This document shows, piece after piece, positions 27,004-42,127 of a stretch of 64,000 bases of DNA; positions within the stretch are counted from its first letter, which is position 1, and each line of letters opens with the position of its first letter. Under the pieces are notes generated by a model. That model was not told where the DNA came from, did no database searches, and saw nothing but the letters and a program-made list of their open reading frames with translations. Origin of the DNA: the human T2T-CHM13v2.0 reference genome, Homo sapiens; the NCBI RefSeq assembly GCF_009914755.1, contig NC_060925.1; one strand, given 5' to 3'. Made by a program: the position numbers and the translations under genes.

Positions 27004-29742
27004 GGTGAATTTCAACCTGGGTTTCTGACCCAGGAATGAACTGCTACAGCCTGGGCTGAATCTATAGCCCTGTAGTAGATAAGTGATCTATTTACATACA
27101 AAACACAGACACATTATCTGGGAAAGTACTGGCCTGTGCCAAACAACATAACGATTCTGAGAAATCCCCGTAGTCAACCGATGAACCCCTCCTGTCCTCC
27201 TCTCTGTCCCGTCTGCCCCTCATGTCCTGCTTGTACATAGGTTTTAAGGGACTAAAGTACTGTCATTCACAGTCACAGGATGGCATAAACAATTTACACA
27301 AGTGCCCAGCCAGAGACGGCATTGTTCAGTTTCTCCTGGGGTTAGCCGTCAGAAATGGGATTCACCCCAGAGAGCACAGAGCCTCCTTCTTGCTTCCACA
27401 GGGCCCCTCCTCCTTGAACCCTATCCAAGGCCCTTCCACTGGCCCAGACTGTCCAGGCGAGCCTCCTACAGGTCCTGCAGAACTTTCACTCATAGATCCG
27501 ATGAGATCCACCATTTCCTTCAGGAGCTTCCTGGAATGGGTTCCCGAGGCCCTCAGCCAGTGTGCAGTCGCTCCCCACTGTCCATATCACAGGACAGAAC
27601 CAGCTTTCTGGAAAAGATCAAGTGTAGCCTTTCCATGGGAGGAACAATGAGGGCTCCAAAGCCACCACCCCAAGTAAATTATTCTTGTGCAATGCAAAAC
27701 AGAAAATATCATAGTAGTAAGAGGGGATCTATAGAAGGCAAAGGGTAGACAAGAAAGTGCTTTAGTCAGCCTTGATCCCAGGTCTGTCTCCTCTTTTCCT
27801 CTCTGAACTGTAGACTCTTTTGGGTCAGGACCCTGGAGGTCATCTACCAGATGCAATCTGGAGCCAGGCCATTGTTCCCCTCTCTAACATCTGTTGAGTG
27901 CTCTATCTCTAGTCTACAATCTTACAAATCCCTCCCAACAAAGTGGGCATTGCTATTTCTATTTAATAAATGAAGAAAGCATTGCTGGGGGAGATTGGAT
28001 AACTTGCTTAAGTTGATACAGGTAGAAAAGGGGTGAGATCAAGATGCAAACCCAGGTCTTTGGGGCACACAGCTGGTGTTCCTTCTACCTCCCAGTCATC
28101 ATGAAGAACAAAGATTTACCAACTCTAGGCATTAGGGTCAGAAACTGTGGTCTAAAGATGGGGCAAAGGGGTGGGGAGGCCGCTTTTGTAAGCAGGGGAA
28201 GGAGCAGATTCAACAGCTCTGGCTGGCATGGGAGGCTTTTAAGCCCACTTCACCAGGGCAGATAGACAGGGAAGAAGTATTAGATGTCAGGGGCTGACAT
28301 GGGCAACAGAACTCAGTGAGAGGGAGACTGTGGGTCCTCCCATCTGCCTGAGCCTTGGTCCCATTAGGGTCTCACTCTCCAGTTCTCTAGCACTGAAGGA
28401 CTGGGACGCTTTGCTCACTCACAACATTCAGCAAGGCTCTTTTCTTTTTAGAAAGCCTCAGGAGGCTTCTTAGAGCTGAGTGGCCTCTTAAAGAAGTATA
28501 TCCGCAAAGCCACAGTCATTCCTCAAAGCTTCCCTGGGAGTCAGGGGTAGAGACTGAAAGTGTTCCCTAGAGCTACCCTCAGGAGCTCTTAATTAGATTA
28601 GTAATTCCTTACGTTAGTATAGAGCTCATGACTTTACAAATGACTTTTATATCCACAGTCCTATTTGATTCTCAGAACCAAGCTAGCAAGGACTGGCCAG
28701 CATTTTATTGATGTGTGTCATTGGTGGTGGCAGAACCAGGATGCAGCTTTGCTGATGTTTCAGCTGATGTCTTTTCCACCAGCAAGGCTCTCTCTTCAAT
28801 TGGAATCAGAATTGGGTTGGGGAAGCTATGCCATGATAAAAGTCCCCTGGAGATAATGAGCATGTGCCATGCTCTTCCTCTACCTCGGTCTACCTTGGCC
28901 TGCAGCCTCTCCCAGCCTTGGAGGAGGATTCAGCATCCCAGATGAGGACAAAAGTGGACAGTATGGCCATGGTGGGACCCACCGTCACCAGAATTGAGTC
29001 AAAGAGTATATCAATGCCATTGTCATAAAAATGCAACAACTCTTCTAGACCCTGTTGGTTATAATATCCTTTGTGTTTCTCTGTAACACCATTTCCAGTA
29101 TTGCAGAGTCATGGAAGGTTGGAGTTTAGAGATCATCTCACCTATTACACAGGTGAGGAGACTGGGTCCTGGAAAGGGAGAGTGACTCACCCAAGGTCAC
29201 ACAGATACTGAAGGCAGAGCTGAGATTCAAACCCGGGCTCCTAACTGGATCACAGCATCCATATGGTTCATGGTGGAAGCTCTGAAGAGCCTGGAGGGTG
29301 TCCAGAGCCATGATGATGTCACCTTTTCTCAAAGGAGGTCTCCTCTGTGTAGCCCCCGGGGAAAGAGCAGGCTGGATTCCCTGGGGGGTGGGTTGGGGAA
29401 AGGAGGGAGGGCCACAAGTCCCTGCTGCCCTTGAGGCTTATTCTTGCTGTTAATTTTATGATGACCATTTTCATCTTCTCCTTCCCTCCCTCTTTCTTCC
29501 CACCCACACTGACAGTGGACCAGACCACAGAGAATATACAACACTTTCCCCTGTCATCCACGCTGTCATGGGGGGTGGCACGAGGAGAAGAGGGACTGGC
29601 ATTTGCAGAGTTCCTGCTAGGTACCAGGTACTATACTGAATCCTGCATCTCCATGAGACCATCTCCCTTCAACAGACAGCTGGGCACAGCAGGGTAATCC
29701 CTACATATCCATTCACTTTTCTTCATGAAGCAATTTTCTCTC

Positions 29743-29769
29743 TAACAACAACAACAACAACAACAACAA
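29743..29769. repeat. (AAC)n microsatellite in the AVPR1B 3'UTR
   Basis: About 8 AAC units. Confidence 0.9.
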
Positions 29770-30235
29770 ATCCAGGATCCAAATAGAGTCCTCCTCACGG
29801 TTTTTCACTTCTCCCCTCTCCTGGTTAGGCTGAGATGTGCCAGTCAGGTTAGAATGGAGACAGGTAGCCAGGGCACAAGGCCAGCCTCTGAATTCCTGCC
29901 ACCCGTGGACCCCTAGACAGCACCATCCTAGGCCTGCCTAGATCTGGGTCACCATGTGTGCATGGACACCCTATGAATATGGCAGGACCAGGGAGACAGG
30001 CAGTTTGATTCTCCCTGACTGCCAGTGTCTGAGATTGGGAGCTTATGAGGCAGCCCTCACACTAGGGGCAGCTGTGACACCAGGGTAGGGGACCCATTCT
30101 GGCCTTTTCGCTCTGCTTCAGACAGGGCTCCTCTAACTCCAACCCTTACCCTCCCAGCTCTCATTTCCAGTGCCTGAGGTGGGCAGAGAACCTCCACTAG
30201 TCCTGGGGGCAGTACCAGACCCCAGTGAGTCTTTC

Positions 30236-30570
30236 CTAAAAGATGATGGTCTCAGCGGTGCCTTCCCCATCTGCCAGCTCCAAGTCCCTTGGTGACTCTT
30301 CAGGCCTGGGCCTCCCACTGAGGGTTAGGCTGAGGCTGAGGCTGAGGGTGGCCGGGCAGCTGGAGCGGGTCAGCAGCGTGGTGTGGCGGCTTGAGAGGCT
30401 GCCGTCGGAGAGCCGCCGGTGCATCCTGGGCTGGGGACCCCCACAGCAGGCAAGGTGACGCAGGGGCCGCGGTAACAGGTGGCTGTTGAAGCCCATGTAG
30501 ATCCAGGGGTTGCAGCAGCTGTTGAGGTTGCCCAAAAGCATAGAGATGGTGAAAGCCACATTGGTGGAAT
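30236..30570 (-). CDS. AVPR1B: Vasopressin V1b receptor, coding exon 2 (TM7 and C-tail)
   Basis: Acceptor tctctcttggtag at 30571. Encodes (D)STNVAFTISMLLGNLNSCCNPWIYMGFNSHLL...CC...ETIIF*. 940+335=1275 nt = 424 aa + stop. NPxxY motif and dicysteine present. Confidence 0.98.
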
Positions 30571-31939
30571 CTACCAAGAGAGAAGCATGAGAAGCCTCAG
30601 AATGGCAGCTCGAAGGGACCTGGGAGAGCGTCCAGGCCCCACAGATGAGGAACAGATGAGGAAACTGAGTCCTAGAGAGGAGAAAGGAGTCACTCAGTGT
30701 CCTATAATTAGAGAGACACACACAGCTGAGACTTGAACCTGGGACTCCCGGCTCCAGAGTCTTACCATGCTGATTTTGTTTGTTTGTTTTTGTTGTGTAA
30801 CTGCAGGGTGAAGGTAGGAGCTGAGGTTTGCTTCAAGTTTAATTGAGAAGAAGGAATGTTGTCAGGGATAGGATCAGCCCAGATAGGAGAAACTGACTTT
30901 ATTCCAAAACCTAGACCTTGAGTCCCCTAATGGCTGTAGACCTAGAATGAGACAACTTCTGTAAAACAGGCAGGGAAAATAACCAAGCTCAGGCCCCGTC
31001 CATCTCCATCCCCACTTACATTATACATCATGGATTCACATGGCCTCCTGGACTCTGTCTCCTTCTATCCCTCAGGGGCAGGCCCACTCATTCTATATTC
31101 AGTCATTGAGTGTGTGGGCATCGACTCTGCCTGACTCTATGCTGGGGACCTGATGGGGCAATCAATGGAGCCTGACTGCCCTATCGACACCTATGCCATC
31201 ATTGCCCCCTACAGCCGAGGGGGCAGCTTTTACATACTGGGCCTCCAAGCACCCCTCTCCAGACCAGAACTTGTTCTGTGTTCTTAGATTGTGCCTAGGA
31301 ACTGTACCTTTCTGCAGGGAAAAACTAATTTCTCTCTTGGGCGTCAAAATGTGAGGATGCCAAGGCTATAAGATTCCTTCCAGACAAAATATTCTTTCTA
31401 AAGACTAAATGAAACCCTCATGTCAGCAGGAAAGCTGCTAGGATGAGCTTTGGCCTCCTGCTGGATCTGTCATGGTGATAGCCATGGCATAGGTGGCATA
31501 CTGAGTCACCTCACTCTTCAGTGGAGGTTGTAGAATCATTGAAAGCAATTTCAGAACTGGAAGGAACCTTAGAAGTAAGCTTTCTAGTTTTTATAGCACA
31601 GTTAGTAAGAGCTGCAACTCGAAGTCTTTCAGCTCTAAGGTAGAGATCCTATACTCCACCAGAGCTTCAACCAGTAAAATAAAAGGCAAAGCTCAACTGC
31701 CTACTCTGCAAAACACTGTGAAAGCTTCAGATGCACAGGCTCTTTGTGCACGTGTCCCAGGGGCATGCTCGTGGATGAGGCAACTCATGGCTCAAGAGAA
31801 GGGAAGACATAGGCCGAGAACATTTGATAGAGAACATGAGTCATAGGAGTGGGAAGCTAAAGGTATCTGGGCCTGGATGGACTGGTTCAGGGAACAGAAG
31901 TGAAGGTAGAGTGGGAAGCACCTGGAAGTAGAAGAGGGA

Positions 31940-32948
<1,009 letters not shown>

Positions 32949-34864
32949 AGGGACAAGCCCCCAAAACAAGCTCAGCCTTCCTTCCGTTTTGCCTGGTTTC
33001 TGGCCTGCTCCCTAGTTAATGTGTAACTACAAGTTGCGGAAGATTTGGGAAGTGGCTTTGGCTGAGGGGACAGTATTCATCCTGTCTGCTCCATCGATGT
33101 GCATTTAGTGTCCAGATTAAGCCAGGGACAAAGGAGTTCCGCAGGTTCCTTCATTTAGGAAGTGCCTGTTTGGTTTGGCTCACGTGAGCCAGGCCTTGGT
33201 AGGGGCTGGAGACGTGCCACAGAGGAGGTGCTGCAGAGCAGGTGCCAGAGGCAGTGGAGGCTGTGCTTCCCAGCCCTTGAGGGTGGATCTACCACACCCA
33301 GTCCTGGCCTCCGTTGCCTCCTGCCAGAAACTCAGCTGATGGTCGGGGACAGGGGCAGGGACAAGGAAACAAGCAGGCTCTGACCAAAGACTTGGGGCTA
33401 GGGGGCAAACAGGCCGGCATGCAGAGGAGGGGAACTGTGTGTACTGGAAAGCAAGTTTAAAGTAATGAATTTCTCCCCCAAGGGCTTTCATTTTTCTGGG
33501 AGCACATTGTCTATAAGATAACCCTTTGGGACAACCCACTGTCCCATGCATTCCTTGCCCAGAGAGGTCCTTGGTAAGTGGTGAATCACTCTACACAAGT
33601 GAGGGCTGAGGTGTTGAGGGACAGGTTGATGATGATAGTTGATACTACAGGCAAGTAGGAAAGTCTGCACTGGCTGAGTGGCAGGAGCACCATCTTCTCC
33701 TCAATAAAGAGGCAGATGACCATCTCACCCCGGTGCCACTGGCTATGCCACAATGTTGGGAGTAAAGCCATGACCTGGATGAAGCTTGGCCCATAAAGAC
33801 CTCAATTCAAGCCCAAGCTCTATCTCTCACTAGCAGTGGCATTTTGGACCAGTTATTTTGCCTCTATGAGTCTCAGGTGACTCAAATTTAAAATACAGAA
33901 GGCCACTCCTCAGTAGCATGAGGGCTGAATGTGCCTGTGCCTAGGAAACCCTCCTTCCTTCTATTCTGTGCTTGGCTAGAGCAGGGAGGTCCCTACAGTT
34001 GGCTAGAATTAATTAGAATTGCTCATTGCTTAAAGGATAATCTGCAAATAATCTCTTGCCCAGACGATGTCAAAAGGGCGATTAAGAAGGGATATTGTAT
34101 TAAGAAGGAAGTTTGGTATTACTTTTGCACGCCTCTTGCATGGTTGTATTAAATTCATGAATGGCTCTCCTCTATTTCATCTCTCCAGAAAAGCAAAGCA
34201 TTTGGCTTAAGCACGTCCTGGGATGAGCAAAATGAGATCAGAAACAACAATACAAAGGAAGGGGACCAGTGGTGGGAATTGGTGGCCTGAGACTGCTGCT
34301 TAGTGAACTCTCAGGAAGCTTCCAGAGGAACCTGTGCACAGGGCCTGCCTAGGACACTTGCAGGTGTTACCCACTATACATCCTGAGCTGTGCACACTAT
34401 GAGATGCACTGCAGGGCACAATCACCCCTCTTCATAGCCACCCAGACAGGTCAGCATGCACTTGTCCTCATGCCTCACTCCTGCTTAGGGGAGCAGGAGC
34501 AGCTGTTCTGAATACTGCTCTCCAACACTTAGGCTGCCTAGACACAGCCCCTGCCTTCCTGAGAACAAGTTCACCTCTGGACGGCCAGACCATCAGGCAC
34601 TGTCTAAAGCTCAGGAGGACACTGTCTACTACACCCCAGAAAAATGATGAGAGCCAGGCCTCCCATGTGCCAACTGTAGCACAGTCCTCTTAGAGGTTCC
34701 CATGTTGTTTTTCACACAGGAGAAAGGTCTCCCTCCTTTTAGAACCACTTTTAAAATCAGGGTTATTAATGGGGTTGAGGAAAAAGACAAGGAGACAGAA
34801 GACCTGGGCTTTATTCTTCACTTTGTCACTCCCTAGCTGTGAGGCCTGGGGCAAGTCATGGTTC

Positions 34865-35481
34865 TGAGGCAGGAAAACAGCAGAGGGAATTAGAGGTTGG
34901 ATAAAAAGCAGAATGAGTAGGAGCAGAAGCAGGATAAAGAGGAGGGTGAGCAAGAGGCAAGATAAGAAGCAGAAGCTGAGCCAAAACAAAAGTTATATGA
35001 AGTGAGTCAAGAGCCCCCATGGTTGGCTAGATTCAGACCAATCCAGTAAGGAGCAGCTCCTCAGAGATGGGCATGTATATTAAAGAGAAAAAGTATCCCT
35101 AAAATGACCCCATATGAGAATCAGCTCATTAAAGCTCATGCATAGGTACTGCATAGCATGCATGCACTTAAAATTATGAGATGAAGGTTACGTGCAAGTG
35201 CACAAGGGCCAAAGTAACTAAGCAACCTACCTATCAATCAAAAGCCAGATGCTGGTTAAAGATTAGGCAGCTCGGGGAAGAGAAAAAAAAAACACATAAA
35301 AAGGCCCAAAGTACACCAAACTGACGCCGATCTCATTTCACAGAGCTTAGCCCACTCTCCCCTCTCCGAGAGTGTTACTGTGCTTAATAAACTTTTGCTA
35401 CTTTGCTATTTGTGTGTGTCACATCCAATTCTTTGTTCGTGGCACCAAGAACCTGGGACTTCACCACATCAGCTGGTAACA
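34865..35481 (+). mobile_element. MER41-family (ERV1) solo LTR inserted in a MIR in the AVPR1B intron
   Basis: TG...CA termini (tgaggcagg / ggtaaca), 4-bp TSD gttc, AATAAA at 35386, ccaattctttgttcg...caccaagaacctgg 3' signature. Confidence 0.8.
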
Positions 35482-35996
35482 GTTCCTCTCTGAGCCTCTG
35501 TTTCCTCATTAGTAACATGAAGAGGTTGAACTGGAAATTTCAGGGTTTTCATGTGCCAACCCTAATTAACTGGAAGTGTCTGTTGAGAAGGAGCTCAAAG
35601 GCATGTCCAGGTGCAGGAGGGACAAGGCTGAGAGAGCAAGTTCATGGGCCACAAATTGCTATCATTCTATGATTTTAAAGCCCATCTAGCAAACTAGTAG
35701 TTGGTGGCCAAATGTGCTAATGGTCATATTTCATTAGTACCACCTAGTATTTTAAAATTGTTAGTTACCAAAATTTTTAAAGCTGGAAATTTCACGTAAA
35801 AGATACTGACATGGCATCGGTAGGCTGAATGGAAATCATAACTGCCCCTTTTCACTTGGAGCAGGCACCATCTTCCTTCATTGCCCCACTAGTTTGTCAC
35901 CTGCCTGGCCCTGGGAGGCATTGTAACCCTGACCTAATCCCCCATCCTCTCTTTCTGTCTCTCCCACCTCACTGCCCCCACATAGACCCCACTTGC

Positions 35997-36936
35997 CTTC
36001 ATCAGGGGCATTCTTGTCCCACACGGACCACATCTGGACACTGAAGAAGGGAGCCCAGCAAGCGATGTAGGCCAGCACGATGACAAAGGTCATCTTCACT
36101 GTTCGGATCTTGGCCCGTGAGATGGTGTTGATGCTGCTGACCCGAGATGGCAGCCCCCGAGTGGTGGCAGCTAAGGTGGAAGGTGAGGGCCTGTCCCAAG
36201 TCCTCCAGCCCCCTCCTCCCACCCGCCAGGCCTGTGTCTTGACTTTTAGGTTTTTACAGATCTCATGGCAGATGAGGCTGTAGCAGGCCGTGAGCATGGT
36301 CACCGGCAGAACGAAGATAGCCAGGGTGGTCCAGGTGAGGTAGGCCCGTGGCCCCCAAGGGAAGCCGAAGTCTGCCCAGCAGTCCAGCACCCCTGAGCCC
36401 TGGATCACCTCCCGCAGGGAAAAAATGAAGACTTGAGGGAGGCTGAAGATGGCGGCCAGCAGCCAGGGAGCAGCGATGAGCAGGTAGGTGGACTGGCCTG
36501 GCTGCTGGAGGCTGCGCAGGGGGTGACAGACAGCCAGGTAGCGGTCCAGCGTCATGGCCAGCAGCATGTAGGTGGAGGCAAACATGCTGAGCACCTGCAG
36601 GTACTTGACGGCCCTGCACAGGAGGTCGGGGCCCTGGAAGCGGTAGGTGATGTCCCACAGCAGCTGTGGCAGCACCTGGAAGAGCGCCACGGCCAGGTCT
36701 GTCAGGGCTAAGTGCAGCACGAACAGGTGCATGCGGGAGCGGTTGCGGCCCAGCTGGCCCAGGGTCAGCAGCACAGCCAGGTTGCCCCCGGTCGCCAGCA
36801 CCAGGACAGTGGCCAGGACTCCGATCTCCACCTTGGCCAGCTCCTCATCCCGGCCCAGCCAGGGTGTTGTGGCATTGGGGGCAGAGAGGGTGCCCCGAGG
36901 GGTGGGGTTGGCATCCCACAGAGGCCCAGAATCCAT
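35997..36936 (-). CDS. AVPR1B: Vasopressin V1b receptor, coding exon 1 (TM1-TM6)
   Basis: ATG at 36936: [15 protein letters not shown]...GN (TM1), LALTD (TM2), DRY (TM3), CWAPFF (TM6)...DKNAPDE. 940 nt, ending at the donor AAG|GCAAGT. Confidence 0.98.
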
Positions 36937-36949
36937 GAGCAAGGTTTGC

Positions 36950-37260
36950 TGGGAGGGAAGGATGAAGGGAGGGTGTGGATGCAAGTGGAGAGGTTTGATG
37001 GATAAAATGGAGTGGCAGGGGAGGTGGAGAGAAAGGAGAAGCGTTGAGAATGACAGGGAGAAGGCTTGCAAATAGGCGGAAATCGTTCAGAGGACTGGGA
37101 TAGAGAGGAGGAGGGAGGATGAGATTCGGAAGGAGAAAATGTGACTGGGATCGACCCAGGAGAGGGAGAAGGAGGGGTCAGGAAGATGGGGAATCAGGAC
37201 GGGAAGAATGGGGGACGCTGTGCAGAGTGAGGCTTCTGGGAGGGAAAGAAGGCTGGGGAG
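36950..37260 (-). promoter_or_regulatory. AVPR1B: CT-rich (polypyrimidine) AVPR1B 5' leader
   Basis: Strongly purine-biased + strand (gagaggaggagggagg, ggagagggagaagg), so CT-rich on the coding strand. Confidence 0.6.
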
Positions 37261-37299
37261 GGGCTACCACCCTCCAATCCGCCTCAAATTCTCTTTCTC

Positions 37300-37930
37300 C
37301 AAACTTTTCTGGAAGCCAAGAGCGGAAGCCCTTCAGCCTGCTTGGAGGCGCGGTCCGGGGCAGTCGGTGTCGCGCTCAGGGCAGGAAGCCCCAGCCAAGC
37401 CCGCTCGCTCTGCCTGGTGAGCAGCGGCTGGAGCGCAGCGGCGCGGCTCGGGCGGGTTTTATGGGCTCCCAGGCCGAGCCCGGCGGCCTGCGGCTCGCCA
37501 GTTGGCTCCTGCAGAGGAGGGAGGAGTGAGGTTCGCAGGCACCCACCCGGCGGGATGACCGAGAGGCCGGCTGCTGGAGGGAGGGGGGGCAGAGGGGGTA
37601 GCGGACGAGGGACAGGGAGCGAGACAAGCAGGCGACGCAGGCCAGCGCCCAGCAGCCGGCAGGACACACCGACCCGCAGGCAGGCAGATAAGCTCCTCTG
37701 CGCACTCACCCTGGAACTCTCGGGCCGTCTCTCCACAGGTGCATCCCCGGGGGATGGTGAGAGGCAGTCACTCCTCCCACCTACGCGGGGGCACTTCGGC
37801 TGGCGGCTGTTGGCGCGCCCCCTGCCAGCCGGCTAGCCGGTGCAGGATCCACAATCTTCAAGGGTGGCCAGGTGAGCGAGGCGGCATCCCTGATTGCCAG
37901 TCACCTGGGAGTGACGTCTGACCGCAGACC
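37300..37930. promoter_or_regulatory. AVPR1B: CpG island / AVPR1B promoter, probably bidirectional
   Basis: Dense CpG and high GC immediately upstream of the AVPR1B ATG. CATAAAA TATA-like element on - at 37463-37457. Near-CRE TGACGTCT at 37912-37919. Confidence 0.85.
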
Positions 37931-38485
37931 CTGTTGAGGGACTGCGAGGCATAGGGAAAGGAAGAAAAAGTGAGGGTATATGTGGGGGTGGGGAGACGAA
38001 GGAGCTAGACCTGAGAGCCCTGGTGCTTGATCGGTGGGAACAGCCGGAGAAATTCCCGGTATTTGCGTCCCCAAGGGACGTCTTAACTTCTGGCCTATGT
38101 GCTTTTCGTGCTTAGGTGCTTCCAAGATCCTAAACGCAGTTAACCACTCGGCGAGGTAGAAAACAGGCCCAGAGAAGTTCAAGAACTTGCTGTAGAAGAT
38201 TACTGAACGAGTAAGCAGCAGAGGCCGGTCTAGAACCAGCCCCGTGTGCCCTTCTGACAGCGCAGCAGCAGCACTTAACACCTAACCGGCTTGGCTAAAT
38301 TCTATGTGAGAGGCACTGGTGCTGACGGTAAAAATAAAAACAAAACACCATCCAGTCCAGAGGCAGCTTACAGCTCAATAGAGAAGGTATTGTGTGGTGT
38401 TGGCTGTGAAATTCACTTAATCTTCAGTATGCAAGATGGACTATTGGGACTCTCCCTAGAGCAGATTAGAAGTTAGGAGTGACAG

Positions 38486-39178
<693 letters not shown>

Positions 39179-39634
39179 TTTGTCCTGCCTTTTAACCAGA
39201 CTCCCCTTTATAATGTCACCAGACATCCAATTAGCATTACTTCTTGAAGGTTCTACCTCCTCAACAGCCTACAAATTCAGCGCCTTCATTCCATCCCATG
39301 ACCACTTACCATTTAGCTGCCTAAAATATAGTAGCATCCTCCTTCTGTGCTTTGGAGCCCAAGCTTCCACCTTCCCAAGGATTTTGCTCTTTATGATTTT
39401 CATTCTGTCTACCAGATCATTCCCACCCATTTGCAAACAAGCTGTAGTAATATTTATTTAAAAAAATAATTATAACTCTCCTTAGCCACTATACTCCCAC
39501 TTCCAGCTATTACAATCCCTACCATTTCACAGCAGAACTTCTCAAAACAGCTGTCTATGCTTGTCCCCATTCTCTTACTCTCAATAATTGATACATTGTA
39601 CTATTCTGGAAATTCCTTTTTAAACTCTACATTA

Positions 39635-39964
<330 letters not shown>

Positions 39965-42038
39965 CTATGCTGATACATAGGCTAGATCTAGTTCATTCAT
40001 TTTTAACTACTGCATAGTATTTAAGCATATGGATATGGCACATTTTGTTCACCAGAAATTTATTCAACTTTTATAATTTATTTCCAGCTTTTCCCCCATT
40101 TATTTTTATTTTAAAGTGCTACAGTGAATGTTCTCATATGTCTCTTTGTGTTCATGTGTCAGAATTTCTCCCAGGTGTATATCTAGAAGTATATGCTGAG
40201 TATAAGTATTGCTGTGTCATATAATGTATGAGTTTTCAACTAAATAGGACCATATCCTGAATTTTATCTCTAAATTAGTTGTATTAAATTAGTTGTCCAA
40301 CAAGCTGCATTTTAGTTTCCCAACATCTTCATATTCAGACTTTTTAATTTTTATCAATCTGGTAGGTGTAAAAATAGCATCTCATTTTGCTTTTTTATTT
40401 CTCTGATTACTGAGTATTTTGAGTATCTTTCCTTGTATTTATTTGTTGTTTGGATTTTCTCTTCTGTAAATCATTCATATCTTCTGCTCAACTTTTTATT
40501 AGATTGTTTTTCTTATCAAATTGTAGGACCTGTATATATTCTGATATGTTGAAAATATCTTCTCTAATCTGTCACTATCTTTTTGCTTTGGATGGGGTCT
40601 TTTGTTACACAGAAAATTTAAATTATGATGCAATCAATTCCTCCTTTTATTATTTTGGCTTTTTGTGTCTTGTGTTCTGTACCTTGAGAATAGAAATATT
40701 TCCCCCTGTATGTTCTTCTAACAAATTTAACTTTTGTTTTTCATATTTAGAGCTTTAATCCAACTGGAATTTATTTTTGTATTATGTGTTGAGTAAGAAT
40801 CTAACTTCATTTTTTCTCCAGCAGGGCAAGCCAATTACTCCATTTATTGAATTGTCCATCATTTCTCAACTATCATCTGTATAATACATTATTTCAAATT
40901 TTATATGAGGCTATTTCTGGAATCTCTGGCCTATTCTATTAATTTATTTTTCTATCCCTATCCCAATATTTCACTATTTTAGGTACAACAGCTTTCTAAT
41001 GAGCCTTAATTCTTGGTAAAAACAAGCCTCCCTTTGTTCTTATTTTTAAAATGTTTCTCAAAATTTTGAAATGGTGAAATTTGGTATCAGTTTATTGGGT
41101 TCCAAAAAAGTTCTGTTATTGAGTTTCTGGTTTGAGGCATTGACTTTAGAGATTAATTTGGGAAATAATTGATATATTTATGATTTCATTCAGGTCTATT
41201 CTTATGTCCTTCAATAATGTTTTATAATTTTCTTCAAAAATGTCTTCCCACCTTTTGATAGATTTATTTCTATGTACCTTACAGTTTCTGTTGCCATTGT
41301 GTATATAATTTTGTTATACCACATTTTCTAATTACTATTGGTTATTCCCAATATATGGGAACAATATTGATTTTTGTGTCTTGCTCTTATATCCAGCAGT
41401 TTTCCTGCAGTTTGTAAATAATTTTGGATTATCTATACATACAGTATTGTCTGCAAACAACAATAATTTTTTTCTCCTATTCTATTTAGCTCTTCTTTTT
41501 CTTGTCTTATTGCAAAGGCTAAGACTCCAGTACAATGTCAAAGAGCAGGAATCGTTGATGTTTCTACCTTTAATGAGAATGCATCTAAAGTTTCACCATT
41601 ACATATTATATTTATGGTAGGTTCTCTTCACTTTTTAATTTTTAAAAGATACTTATTTTTACACACACACATATTATAAAGAGTCAAATTATTCTACAGT
41701 AGTTGTTATGAGAAAAAGTAATTCCCCATACTACTAATATTTTTCAATTTCCTATTTTTCATTTTCTTCCATTTTTTACTTTTTCACTAAAGAAAACTGT
41801 ATCCATATACAAAAGCAGAGAGAATAGCATGAGGAAACCCCATGCTTCCATCACCCAGCTTTAACAATTACCAACAGATAGCCAGTCTGTTTCATCTAAA
41901 TCTTTATCCATTTCCTTCCATCCTAAGATAATTTTGAAGCAAATGTCAGACATCATATCATTTTATCTGTAAGTATTTCATATATGTATTTCTAAAGGAT
42001 AAGGACTCTTAACTATAACTATAACACCTTACCATCCC

Positions 42039-42081
42039 TGTATTAGTCAGGGTTCTCCAGAGAAATAGAACCAATAGGAGA

Positions 42082-42127
<46 letters not shown>

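Noticed and set aside
30571-30721. N-terminal part of ORF 30236..30721
   Set aside because: Intronic and partly MIR-derived, upstream of the true acceptor at 30571.
36937-37071. 45-aa N-terminal extension of AVPR1B in the ORF track
   Set aside because: It begins at TTG in stop-poor CT-rich leader sequence. The recognised protein starts at ATG 36936 (MDSG).
36002-37921. Numerous overlapping ORFs on both strands over AVPR1B exon 1 and the CpG island
   Set aside because: Shadow frames of GC-rich, stop-poor sequence with no recognisable protein features.
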